A DNA stretch of 64,000 nucleotides from the NCBI GenBank assembly GCA_019057865.1, contig JAHLWP010000003.1, positions 64,001 to 128,000 on the forward strand. Reading direction: 5' to 3'. The position numbers and the translations under genes are program-made. This document shows, one piece after another, positions 26,880 through 37,112 of this stretch; the first letter of the stretch is position 1; every line of letters begins with the position of its first letter. Below the pieces are notes generated by a model. It saw nothing but the letters and a program-made list of their open reading frames with translations, ran no database searches and was not told where the DNA came from. This DNA is from Promethearchaeota archaeon (lineage in GTDB: Archaea; Asgardarchaeota; Lokiarchaeia; Sigyniarchaeales; SOKP01).

Positions 26880-28976
26880 TTATATTGCGATTGAAGTTAA
26901 TAACGCAGGATGATCTGCTGCCGTACCCCCGAAATAAGTTACTTCAATATAACTACTTAAAGCAGTTAAATCGGGTGATATGAACATTTGATCTATTCTT
27001 TCTACAGGAAGTCGAGTCTCCCAATCATTAGGAACACTACCTATTGATGTTGAATTTGCAATTTCCCAACAATCATCTAAAGGATGAGCTATAGTAATAT
27101 TATAATGTTCAGTATCAGGTTCAAAATTAAAATCTCCCATCAAAATAACATTAGTTTTTGCTCCAATTCTTTCTAATATTTGCTCTTGTTGGATTATATG
27201 AGACCTATCAAATGGAGATACGTTTGGGTCTATAAAATTTCCAAGATGGGTAATAAATACATTATAAATAATAGCTCCAATTGTTATTTGTGCTTCGATA
27301 GTTGCTGTTTGTTCCCCCTCACTTTCCATATAAAACGTTTTAGCACTTTTAATAGGATATTTTGATAATAAAGCTAAGCCATAGGTACCAGTAACGGTCT
27401 TTGGACCGAAATATGAATAATATTTTAAACGATTATTGATATATCTTACGATATCTGCATTTCCACCAGAAATTCTACAAGTATCTGACTCTTGCAATCC
27501 TATTATTGAAGCATTAGCATTTTTTATGACTTCATATTGCCCTTCAAAATTCTTATCTCCATTTTCATCATACCCTTGCTGAATATTATAAGATAGAATC
27601 CTTATTGGATTGTCTATATCACCTTCCTTATCTGGCATTTCGAGCACAATTACACCTATTATTGTCCCAATACACATTATTCCTATTAATCCAGAAATTT
27701 TAAGCTTGCCCTTAAAGTTGTTTCTCGAGTGTTTTGTAAATAATAATGAATCCTTTCTAACTAATAAAATTGGTAAAGCTATCACTAATCCAACAATTAG
27801 AAATACGAACCAGATCATATCTCTGAAGAATGTTCCAACATAAGGTATGTAGTCCCAAACTATAGTAAATACAGCAGAAAAAATCATAAGCAAAAGATAT
27901 ATTGATGTTATAAAAAAACTTCCACCAATCTTTCGAATAGATGGCTTACTCCTAAACAGCTCTCTTGTTAACAATGTAAAATCAATTAATATTATTGGTG
28001 AAAGAATAAGCATAATATAGAGTGGAATATGATGAAATATTGTTGTAGTAGGAGCATAAGTAGGGTATGATGATATAAATAAGAAAGGTATCTGATGAAC
28101 TCCTATGGTTAAAACGAGCATAAGAACAAAAAGACCATTCCAGATTAATATTCCTCTAAAAGTAATTTTATTGATTATATCTGGCTTAAAAGCAACAAGA
28201 AAGATAAAGGCTGTTATTGCTATAATTGTAATTATTGTAATTGCGGTATAATTCCCTTCAGTCCATCTTGAAATTACAACAGGACTACTAAAAGCGAAAT
28301 AAATTAGTACTAAAATACTTGTTATACCAAAACTTAAGCCAAGAATTTTCCATTTACTTCCCTTTTTCTCTTGATTGGGTGCATTAATAGAAGAACTAAC
28401 TTCTTCTCCAAAAATTTTTGTTATTCGATCAGGATTTAAGAAATTTATCAGCATAATTGCAGCAATAGCAGCAAGAATCCAACCAATCCATAAAAACCAA
28501 AAATGAAATGTAAGATCAAATGTAGAACCTAAAGTTCTGAAAAGAATTAACATTCCTAATCCTATACTTAATTCCACTCCTATTAATAAACTGTTTTTCT
28601 CTTCATTTCCTTTTGATTTTGATTGAAGAAAAGCTGGGAAGAATAGCATAAAGCAAAAAACACCTATACCCGTTAATATCATCCTAATTTGAGTATTAAA
28701 TAATGGTTCTAAAATTCTACAGATCACCATGATTTCTCCAATAATTACTAATCCTTTATTCGGGAAACTTTTTTTGAATATTGGCACAAGTAATATTATA
28801 GGACTTAATAAAAATAGGGCAGCAGCTATATTCTCATTCAGTTCGACTTCAATAAGGTTCAAAGCATAAATCGACTCAATAAAATCTGATATCAGCTGGA
28901 AAAAGAACAGAAATAGTATGCTAATCAGAATTAATTCTGAATAATATTTGCTAAAATATTTGTTATAGATTTCCAT
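26880..28976 (-). CDS. CWH43/PGAP2IP-like multi-TM protein with C-terminal endonuclease/exonuclease/phosphatase (EEP) domain
   Basis: About 13 TMs, then SYNIQQG, GLQESD.CRISGGNAD, GLALLSKYPI, THLGN, MGDFN, IDQMF and ADHP. Confidence 0.8.
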   Translation of the reverse strand: MEIYNKYFSKYYSELILISILFLFFFQLISDFIESIYALNLIEVELNENIAAALFLLSPIILLVPIFKKSFPNKGLVIIGEIMVICRILEPLFNTQIRMILTGIGVFCFMLFFPAFLQSKSKGNEEKNSLLIGVELSIGLGMLILFRTLGSTFDLTFHFWFLWIGWILAAIAAIMLINFLNPDRITKIFGEEVSSSINAPNQEKKGSKWKILGLSFGITSILVLIYFAFSSPVVISRWTEGNYTAITIITIIAITAFIFLVAFKPDIINKITFRGILIWNGLFVLMLVLTIGVHQIPFLFISSYPTYAPTTTIFHHIPLYIMLILSPIILIDFTLLTRELFRSKPSIRKIGGSFFITSIYLLLMIFSAVFTIVWDYIPYVGTFFRDMIWFVFLIVGLVIALPILLVRKDSLLFTKHSRNNFKGKLKISGLIGIMCIGTIIGVIVLEMPDKEGDIDNPIRILSYNIQQGYDENGDKNFEGQYEVIKNANASIIGLQESDTCRISGGNADIVRYINNRLKYYSYFGPKTVTGTYGLALLSKYPIKSAKTFYMESEGEQTATIEAQITIGAIIYNVFITHLGNFIDPNVSPFDRSHIIQQEQILERIGAKTNVILMGDFNFEPDTEHYNITIAHPLDDCWEIANSTSIGSVPNDWETRLPVERIDQMFISPDLTALSSYIEVTYFGGTAADHPALLTSIAI

Positions 28977-29051
28977 AATAATTACTTTAAAATCTTCTTA
29001 TATATAAATTTTAAATTGCTTTATAAAAGAAACAGATCAAAAAAATATTAT

Positions 29052-29288
29052 CTATAGTTTAAGTCTATTTAATTCTTCCTTAATCAGTTGTACTTTATTT
29101 GGTTTTAAGTCATATATTTTCCACATTAAGAGGAATGAAATGAAATAGAAAATCATTGGAACTAATGCCATAATAACTCGTATACCGAATAATGCTAAAC
29201 CTGTTTGATCACTCCCACCAGGAGCATAAGATGTAATCATATGAACCGTTGCGAATACTATTGCGCCTATGAAATTTTTAGTCAACAA
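29052..29288 (-). pseudogene. C-terminal remnant of an MFS/GPH sugar transporter
   Basis: Encodes only the last helices (ALFGIRVIMALVP..YDL), resembling the C-terminus of 31247..32647. It is truncated next to the SDR gene stop. Confidence 0.65.
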
Positions 29289-29318
29289 ATCTTCATTTTC
29301 TTTTTATATTTTTGAACT

Positions 29319-30206
29319 TTATTCTTGATATTTTAATATAAAATCAATTAATTCTTGATTTTTTCTTAATAACCCATACATACCCTTTCTAAGTTTATCT
29401 TTCATACTTTTAGTTAATTCCTTAATATCAAATGAATTATTACTAATAGCGGTCTTAAGCTTAGTTAAAAGTTCAAACAATATCATTTGGTTGATAATTT
29501 TCCCTTTATATTGTCGGCTAGATAAATCACTAGCAAGAAATAGGTATATAGGTGATATATCCTCTGGAGGTATTAATTTAGGTGTAATTTGTCCTCTTTT
29601 GGCGCTATCCTCGGATAATCTAGTTTTAATTGCTCCAGGTAATATTACATTTACTCGTATATTATACGGACTTAACTCTTCATCAAGGCATTTACTCATT
29701 GCTGTAACACCTGCTTTCGCTGCAGAATATGCAACTTGATTAGGATTAAAAAATATATTTCCATGGACTGAAGCAGTCATTATTATATTTCCCCCTCCAT
29801 TTTCAATCATTTTTGGAAGAATTAGCTTAATCATAGCATAGTAGGCAATAAGATTTAAATTAAACAATTTTACGACTTTATCAAGAGAAACTTCGATCAT
29901 TGGGCAATAATATGACATTCCAGCATTATTAACTAAAATATCAATTCTATTGAAGTGATTAAAATATATTTCCACTACAGATTTTGCACCAGCTATATTA
30001 GAAAGATCTGCTGGGATTAATAACGCTTTAACATTAAACTTTTTAATATTTTTTACTGTTTGCTCTAATTCATCTTTTTCTAATGCAGTCACAGCAACAT
30101 CTGCACCGTGTTTTGCAAATTCAAGAGCTACAGCTCTACCAATACCTCTCCCTCCTCCTGTTATTAATGCATACTTTCCTTCTAAAAGTTTCATTATCCT
30201 TACCAT
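29319..30206 (-). CDS. Short-chain dehydrogenase/reductase
   Basis: TGGGRGIG, DILVNNAG, YSAAK and IRVN..PG. Confidence 0.92.
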   Translation of the reverse strand: MVRIMKLLEGKYALITGGGRGIGRAVALEFAKHGADVAVTALEKDELEQTVKNIKKFNVKALLIPADLSNIAGAKSVVEIYFNHFNRIDILVNNAGMSYYCPMIEVSLDKVVKLFNLNLIAYYAMIKLILPKMIENGGGNIIMTASVHGNIFFNPNQVAYSAAKAGVTAMSKCLDEELSPYNIRVNVILPGAIKTRLSEDSAKRGQITPKLIPPEDISPIYLFLASDLSSRQYKGKIINQMILFELLTKLKTAISNNSFDIKELTKSMKDKLRKGMYGLLRKNQELIDFILKYQE

Positions 30207-30300
30207 AATAATGATTGATAATATTTAACATAAATATTTCTAAATATTTCTAAATAAAGCATAATTAAAAATGATATAAGATAATAAAGAGGTAATTAAT

Positions 30301-31218
30301 ATTAAACCCAATATTCTTACGGAAGAAAAAGTAATAATTACAGCAGCTATAACTGGTGGAATTCATGGAAAATGGGCAAATCCAAGTTTACCTATAACTG
30401 CTGAAGAACAAGCACAAACTGCCCTTGAATGTTATGAAGCGGGAGCCGCCATTGTTCATATTCATGTACGTGGTGATGATGGGCAAAATACGCCTGATTT
30501 AAAATTTTATAATAAAACTATTAAATTAATTGGTGAGAAATGCCCTATAATTAGACAAATTGGCAATGGAATAGGCGCTCGTTTAGAGGAACATAAATAT
30601 ACTACAAGATCAGGCAAAAAGAGAGTTTCCGCAGAAATAGTACAACCCACATTGGAAGAACGATTAAATCTATTAAATATTGATCCTCCACCAGAGATGC
30701 ATACTATTAATGCTGGTTCTTTTGAATTTAGAACGCCTTACGGAGGTGCATTATTTAATAACCCTATAGATTTTAATAGAAAATACATAAAGAGATGTAA
30801 GAGAAAGGGCTTTGGTCTTGAGATTGAAGTTTATGATTCAAGCCATATTGCTAATATATTGGAATTTGTAGACACAGGATTACTCCAACCCCCATTACAT
30901 TTTAGTATTGTTTTGGGAATCAAAGGAGGCGCCCCTGCAACTGTTTCAAACTTATTAAATATGGTTGATCAAATTCCAGAAGGTTCAACATGGCAAGTGG
31001 TAACAGTAGGAAAGTTTAATTTAAGAACTACTGTAATTGCTATGTGTATGGGGGGTAATATCAGAACTGGACTTGAAGACACTATTTACTATGGAAAAGG
31101 GGAACTTGCAGAAGGTAATGTTCAATTAGTTAAACGAATGGTTAGATTAGCTAAAGAGATTGGAAGAGAATCCGCAAACTTAGATGAGACTAAAGAAATA
31201 CTCGGTATAAAAAGGTAA
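30301..31218 (+). CDS. kce: 3-keto-5-aminohexanoate cleavage enzyme / BKACE (DUF849) family (probable ATT start)
   Basis: The frame upstream of the track start encodes KVIITAAITGG..NP.LPITAEE..AGAAIVHIHVR; the C-terminus has GGNIRTGLED. No ATG/GTG/TTG between the 30277 stop and 30652. GAGGT SD at 30289. Confidence 0.88.
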   Translation: MKPNILTEEKVIITAAITGGIHGKWANPSLPITAEEQAQTALECYEAGAAIVHIHVRGDDGQNTPDLKFYNKTIKLIGEKCPIIRQIGNGIGARLEEHKYTTRSGKKRVSAEIVQPTLEERLNLLNIDPPPEMHTINAGSFEFRTPYGGALFNNPIDFNRKYIKRCKRKGFGLEIEVYDSSHIANILEFVDTGLLQPPLHFSIVLGIKGGAPATVSNLLNMVDQIPEGSTWQVVTVGKFNLRTTVIAMCMGGNIRTGLEDTIYYGKGELAEGNVQLVKRMVRLAKEIGRESANLDETKEILGIKR

Positions 31219-31246
31219 TTTCAAAAAAATAGAAAAAAAAATATTC

Positions 31247-32647
31247 TTATTTTAATTCTGGATGTTTTGATAATTCTTCTCTCATTTGAATTAATTTTTC
31301 ACCATGTAAATCATAAGATCTAAAGCATAAGAATGATCCTATAAGAGCAATCGAAGGAAATAAGAACATCACCAATTTTAAACCAAGAATTGTTAAATCA
31401 GGGTCATCAGTAACAGGCGTATAATCACTCCAACCCGTTCCTGAAAATATAATAGCAATAGTAGTAATACCTAGTATCATTGAAAATCGATGTATAAAAG
31501 CATTTACACCATAATAGCTAGCTGCCCTTTTCACACCAAAATTAAGAGCATCTTGGTCAATAACATCTGCGTGTATTAGATCAACGTAAAATAAAGCAGC
31601 AGATAAACCGAAACCAATAGTAACAAATACAACCAGTGACAAAATTCTGCTTAGGTCATTATTTGATAAAAATAATAATGGAAGTAATGTCAAAATCCAA
31701 ATTAATTGTCCTGCCATTAAACCTTTTCTTGTACCTAATTTTTTACTAATTTTAATGTGCAATGGCATAAAGATTGCTGCTGATAGAAGTGCTAACATCA
31801 AGGTTACTCCAATTAAAAAAGCATCCTCAGTTCTTCCAAGTACAAAAACGGAATAGAGAGGAAAGGCAGTTAGTAGTACATTAAAGCAATACCATATAAG
31901 CATGTTTCCTAAAGTAAATTTTATAAAAGTCTTGTTTGAAAATGTAATTTTTATAGATTTAAAAAATCCTGGTCTTTTTTCAAAATCACTTATATCTTCT
32001 GCTTTTTCTTTAACTGAAATAATAAAGAAAACTGCCATTACTGTTACTATAAGGCATAAGACTAAACCAGCTGTAACATACATAGATCGAATATCTGCAA
32101 TTTCTGCTGGATCAGTAGAAACTGGAACCAATGGATCAATAATAATTGTTGGAACAAGCGAAGCTATTATTACAGCTAACATTGTAAAAATTTTCAAGAA
32201 TGTATTAGTTGTTTTTCTCTCTTTATCAGTTCGGAACATCTCGGGAAATATGGCATTTGTATTAACTGAAAACATTGTGTAAAAGAACTCAAATGTAAAT
32301 ATTATAAAGATAAAATAAAGGAACTTATTATTCATTGGAACTGTAAATAAAAATAACATAGTAAACCCTAATGGCACAAAAGAAATAATTAAAAAAAACT
32401 TACGTTTTCCTAATTTCCCTTTATGTTTAGTTCTTTCACTTAATGCACCTAAAAGAGGGTCATTTATCATATTCCAAATACCCCATAAACTAAATCCAAG
32501 CCACATTTCCGTCATAGAGAGTCCTATAACAGCAAAATAAAAAGTGAATACATAAATAGTGAAAGCTTGATAGGATACTTGGTCAGGGAAGGCATTTAGT
32601 CCGAAAAGGAGTTTAGTTTTCGTACTTGTATTACGATCTTCACTCAT
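31247..32647 (-). CDS. MFS/GPH family sugar:cation symporter
   Basis: WNMINDPLLG..SERT, GKRK, DVIDQD and about 12 TMs. Start moved to MSEDRN. Confidence 0.88.
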   Translation of the reverse strand: MSEDRNTSTKTKLLFGLNAFPDQVSYQAFTIYVFTFYFAVIGLSMTEMWLGFSLWGIWNMINDPLLGALSERTKHKGKLGKRKFFLIISFVPLGFTMLFLFTVPMNNKFLYFIFIIFTFEFFYTMFSVNTNAIFPEMFRTDKERKTTNTFLKIFTMLAVIIASLVPTIIIDPLVPVSTDPAEIADIRSMYVTAGLVLCLIVTVMAVFFIISVKEKAEDISDFEKRPGFFKSIKITFSNKTFIKFTLGNMLIWYCFNVLLTAFPLYSVFVLGRTEDAFLIGVTLMLALLSAAIFMPLHIKISKKLGTRKGLMAGQLIWILTLLPLLFLSNNDLSRILSLVVFVTIGFGLSAALFYVDLIHADVIDQDALNFGVKRAASYYGVNAFIHRFSMILGITTIAIIFSGTGWSDYTPVTDDPDLTILGLKLVMFLFPSIALIGSFLCFRSYDLHGEKLIQMREELSKHPELK

Positions 32648-32887
32648 ATAATAATCCCTAAAAATTAATTTTTTTTTTTTAATGGTATTAGATTTTGTTT
32701 TATTTAAAAGTATTGTTATAATATCCAAAATTCATATTCAACAAAATAGAATAAATTCGAAAAATTATATGAATTCTGCTATGATTTATAGAAGAGTTAA
32801 AGAAAATAAGACTAAATTTAATTACTGATGATTAATAACCTAAATTCAGTAAATAATCAAATTTAATTATTAAAGAAGGAACAAAAT

Positions 32888-33472
32888 ATGGCAGATTTAA
32901 ACATTGAAGTTACTTATTTTGAAAATCCTGGAAGAGAAAATACTGATAAAGCCTTAGAAATCGCCAAAAAATATGCTGATCAATTCAATATTAAGGATAT
33001 CATAATGGCGAGCACCACAGGTATGGTTGCGGATAAAGCAATTAAATTATTTAATCCAAATGATTATAATTTAGTCGTAATAACGCACTCATATTATTTT
33101 GTAGGAGTTGAAAAGAGACAAGAATTTCCAGATGAAAAGATTTCTGCTTTAAAGGAAAAAGGTGTTAAAATATTTATTGGAACCCATGCCTTAGCAGGTC
33201 CTGAAAGGAGTATTCGAAGATCTCTAAACCAATGGGGTCCAGTTGAATTAATGGCCAAATATTTAAGAGAACAATTTAGTCAAGGCACGAAAGTGTGTAT
33301 GGAAATTGCTACTATGGCTGTTGATGCAGGAATGATTGATGATCTTGAAAGAGATGTAATCTGTATAGGAGGTACTGGTCGTGGTGCAGATACAGTTTGT
33401 TTAATTAAGCCAGTACCTACTAGTTTATTTAATAAATTACGAGTTAAAGCAATACTATGTAAACCATTATAA
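32888..33472 (+). CDS. Pyruvate kinase alpha/beta (PK_C-like) domain archaeal protein
   Basis: YFENPGRENT, ASTTG, QGTKVCMEI..MA.DAG and GGTGRGADT. Confidence 0.85.
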   Translation: MADLNIEVTYFENPGRENTDKALEIAKKYADQFNIKDIIMASTTGMVADKAIKLFNPNDYNLVVITHSYYFVGVEKRQEFPDEKISALKEKGVKIFIGTHALAGPERSIRRSLNQWGPVELMAKYLREQFSQGTKVCMEIATMAVDAGMIDDLERDVICIGGTGRGADTVCLIKPVPTSLFNKLRVKAILCKPL

Positions 33473-33516
33473 TATAATAATCAATAGCCTTTTCTAAAAC
33501 GAATAAAAAAATAATT

Positions 33517-34704
33517 TTAAATTATTTTTAATTTTTTACCGATTTTTTCTATAGCGCTTAAAGCAGTATTTAAATCGTCTTTAGTTAATAACGCATTCAT
33601 TTGGACTCTAATTCTGGAAAGTTCTTTAGCAACCATAGGAAATACAATAGGTGTTCCATATATATTTTCTTCTTCAAATAAAACTCGTGCTAATTCTTGT
33701 GCTTTCCCAGGATCCCCTATAATTAAAGGAATTATTGGAGTTTCTGAATTTCCTGTATTATAACCCATATTTTGGACTTCTTTCTTAAAATAATTCGTAT
33801 GATCCCATACTCTTTTAACATGTTCAGGTTCAGTTTCAACTACTTCAATTGAAGCAATGCAAGCAGCAACTACTCCGGGAGGATGTGCTGTGCTAAGTAA
33901 ATAGGTTCGACTTTTATTTGCACAAAACTCTATTAAATCCTTAGATCCTGCAACTGTCCCTCCAAATACGCCAAAACCTTTGCTCATCGAGCCACCTTCT
34001 ATATGTACTTTACCTTGCAGATTGAAATGGGCTACAATTCCCCGTCCATTTCCCAAAACACCCTCTCCATGACAATCATCAACGAAAATCATTGCTCCAA
34101 ATTCCTCTGCAACTTTTGCGATGTCTCCTAATGGGGCAATATCTCCATCCATTGAAAAGACACCATCAGTTATAATACAAATTCTTCTTGCTCTTTCCTT
34201 CTCAGCTTCCTTTAATTGATTCTCTAAATCTGATGTATCTCTATGTTTATATATTATCCTTTTAGCGCCAGATAATCTAACACCATCAATAATAGATCCA
34301 TGGTTTAATTCATCTGAGACTACGATATCTGGTTTTCCAACTAACATAGGTATTAATCCTGAATTGACGGCATATCCTGTTTGACATAATAATGATGCTT
34401 CTACTTCTTTGAATTTAGCAAATTTCTCTTGAAATATTTTGGTTAAATCAAATGAGCCAGCAATAACGGGGACAGCTCCAGCTCCAGCACCATATTTTCT
34501 CGTTGCATCAATAGCGGCTTGTATTACTTTTGGATGCGATGCTAGTCCAAGGTAATTATTTGTATTTAACATTAATACTTTTTTTCCATCCACTACGGAA
34601 TGGGGTTTTGAACCCTCCTCAAGATATCTAATAATCCATTCAAGATTTTTATTTCTTAAGTCCTTCATCTCTTCTTTTAGAAATGCTACTGGATCTCTTT
34701 TCAT
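33517..34704 (-). CDS. kbl: Glycine C-acetyltransferase (2-amino-3-ketobutyrate CoA ligase)
   Basis: NNYLGLA, SDELNHGSIIDGVRL, TDGVFSMDGD, DDCHG and SMSK (PLP Lys); divergent from tdh. Confidence 0.88.
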   Translation of the reverse strand: MKRDPVAFLKEEMKDLRNKNLEWIIRYLEEGSKPHSVVDGKKVLMLNTNNYLGLASHPKVIQAAIDATRKYGAGAGAVPVIAGSFDLTKIFQEKFAKFKEVEASLLCQTGYAVNSGLIPMLVGKPDIVVSDELNHGSIIDGVRLSGAKRIIYKHRDTSDLENQLKEAEKERARRICIITDGVFSMDGDIAPLGDIAKVAEEFGAMIFVDDCHGEGVLGNGRGIVAHFNLQGKVHIEGGSMSKGFGVFGGTVAGSKDLIEFCANKSRTYLLSTAHPPGVVAACIASIEVVETEPEHVKRVWDHTNYFKKEVQNMGYNTGNSETPIIPLIIGDPGKAQELARVLFEEENIYGTPIVFPMVAKELSRIRVQMNALLTKDDLNTALSAIEKIGKKLKII

Positions 34705-34891
34705 TTAATCACCATATTATAATTTGATATTATTTAAAATGTATTAATTAAACCGTTATAGTCTTATATATTTTTTATTAAATAAAGTTTTATCAATATC
34801 AAATTAAGAATGATTTCTATAAAAATAAAGTCATAAAACTTTTTTATTTGACTATACTATGAATAATACTAAATGCTTTTAAATTAAGAGA

Positions 34892-35845
34892 ATGATAAAA
34901 ATGAGAAGAATTCTTGTAATTGGTTCATGTGGTCAAATTGGCAGTGAATTAGTACCCGCACTTAGAGAGAAATATGGAAATGATAATATAATAGCTACGG
35001 GACGTCGCACACCTCCGCCAAAAGAACTCAAGGAAGGTGGACCATTTATCTATTTAGACGCATTAGAAATAGATGCCCTTAAAAGAGTTTTCTATGAATA
35101 TGAGATAGATACAATCTTTCATATGGCCTCAATTCTTTCAGCCACAGGAGAAAAAATACCTCAAACTGCTTGGGATATAAACATGAATGGATTAATTAAT
35201 ATTCTCGAAACAAGTAGAAATTATAAAATAAAAAATATAATTTGGCCAAGTTCAATTGCAGCATTTGGACCTACTACTCCAAGAGATAATACACCAAATA
35301 TTACTATATTACAGCCCACAACTATGTATGGGATAACTAAAGTTGCTGGGGAGCTCTTAGCAGAATATTATTACAAAAAATATGGGCTTGATACTCGTTC
35401 AATGAGGTTACCTGGTATAATTAGTAGTGAGACACTTCCCAGTGGAGGTACAACCGATTATGCTGTTGAGATTTTTTATGAAGCCATTAAGAAAAAGCAA
35501 TATAGTTGTTTTTTAAAAGAAGATACAGTCTTACCTATGATGTATATGCCAGACTGCCTTAAATGTATGATTGATCTCTTAGAAGCAGAAGCTTCAAAGT
35601 TAAAACGTCGAGTATATAATGTTACAGGGATGAGTTTCTCAGCAGGTGAATTAGCGTTTGAAATAAAAAGGCATATTCCTGAATTTAAAATAGAATATAA
35701 ACCTGATTTTAGACAAGAAATTGCGGATTCCTGGCCAAAATCAATTAATGATTCCCTAGCCCGTGAAGAATGGGGTTGGAATCCTAGTTTTAATCTTGCA
35801 TCAATGACGAAGGATATGATTGAGAAATTAAGTAGAAGAATGTAA
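34892..35845 (+). CDS. tdh: L-threonine 3-dehydrogenase (SDR/epimerase type)
   Basis: GSCGQIG, LSATGE, PSSIAAFG, MYGITK, GGTTDYA, LPMMYMPD and RQEIADSWP. Confidence 0.88.
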   Translation: MIKMRRILVIGSCGQIGSELVPALREKYGNDNIIATGRRTPPPKELKEGGPFIYLDALEIDALKRVFYEYEIDTIFHMASILSATGEKIPQTAWDINMNGLINILETSRNYKIKNIIWPSSIAAFGPTTPRDNTPNITILQPTTMYGITKVAGELLAEYYYKKYGLDTRSMRLPGIISSETLPSGGTTDYAVEIFYEAIKKKQYSCFLKEDTVLPMMYMPDCLKCMIDLLEAEASKLKRRVYNVTGMSFSAGELAFEIKRHIPEFKIEYKPDFRQEIADSWPKSINDSLAREEWGWNPSFNLASMTKDMIEKLSRRM

Positions 35846-35864
35846 ATAAGAAATTCTTATTTTA

Positions 35865-36959
35865 TTATTTCTTTCTTAATTGTTGTTTCTTATTCATGAT
35901 TTGTGAATAGAGATCTTCCATTGTAGAAGGAGGTATCATTTCTTCCTCTTTCTTTTTGAGCTGAATTGCTCCTTCTGGACAAGTAGGAACACATGCTCCA
36001 CAACCAATGCATCGTTTTAAGATGACTTTTGCTAGATTATCAACAAGTTTTATAGCATTTGTCTGGCATCGTTCAACACAAGTTCCACACCCTGCACATA
36101 AATCAGGATTAATTTCAGATTGGAAATTGCTTGGAATGATCCTAGCCGGACGTGGAAGCATTTGTAGTTTTGTTAAAATTATACAACAACAGCCACAACA
36201 AGTACATATAAATTCTGGATTTTTGGTATTTCCTGATTGTAGAACTAAACCATCATTCACGGCTTTTTGTAATATTTCTAAAGCTTCTTCTTTATTTATA
36301 GAGCGTGCCCACTCTTCATTTATAAATAATTGCCCTATTGTTCCAAAATATAAACAACTCTCTCTTAGTGATGTTTTTTTGCATGGTTGACTCATAAGAT
36401 CTTTTGCTTGACGACAGAGACAATTTGCTACACCAATAGGTTCCTCAGAGTTCTCAATTACTTGCCTTATTTCATCATAATTTGCTATACGTTGTTCAGG
36501 CGCAATACTCTGCTCTATAGGTATAGTACGAAACTGTGATATTTTTGTACCTAATAATTCAGCACCAAATGTAGTTACCAAATACTCCTCAAAAGCTTCT
36601 AAGAATTCTAGTGTAACTTTATCTACTTGATATTCATAAATTCCAACTACAAGTGGAATATTAGCATAGAGTCTTTTACCATCCTCTTTTTTATATTTTA
36701 TTAAACCTTTTTTAATCATACTATCAAGAGTTTGCTCTAAATATTCAATTGATATTTCCCCATCATTAAAACGACTGTAAATATTCTCGAGTGTATCATA
36801 ATCCCAACTTAATTTTGTTGCTATGAATGCTTCTTTTTCTGTAAAAAGATGTTTCAACATTCTTAATTCAACACCAGACATTGATGCAGGAAATCCTATA
36901 GGGAATTGATCTAAGTGTTTTTGCAATTCTTGATATATATCCTGTTCTGTATCTGTCAT
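35865..36959 (-). CDS. 4Fe-4S dicluster protein with N-terminal wHTH-like region
   Basis: CLCR, ICTCCGCCC, CAGCGTCVERC and CIGCGACVPTCP. Confidence 0.85.
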   Translation of the reverse strand: MTDTEQDIYQELQKHLDQFPIGFPASMSGVELRMLKHLFTEKEAFIATKLSWDYDTLENIYSRFNDGEISIEYLEQTLDSMIKKGLIKYKKEDGKRLYANIPLVVGIYEYQVDKVTLEFLEAFEEYLVTTFGAELLGTKISQFRTIPIEQSIAPEQRIANYDEIRQVIENSEEPIGVANCLCRQAKDLMSQPCKKTSLRESCLYFGTIGQLFINEEWARSINKEEALEILQKAVNDGLVLQSGNTKNPEFICTCCGCCCIILTKLQMLPRPARIIPSNFQSEINPDLCAGCGTCVERCQTNAIKLVDNLAKVILKRCIGCGACVPTCPEGAIQLKKKEEEMIPPSTMEDLYSQIMNKKQQLRKK

Positions 36960-37112
36960 CTTTTTCTTTCGAAAATGCCATTCAAATTTAAAAAAATAGT
37001 TAAAATAATATTCTTCATATACTTTTTTAAATGTAATTATAAATCATGGTAATTTCTAATTTTTAATCATAATTGTCAATGTTATAAACTATTAATCAAG
37101 GAGGTATACAGA

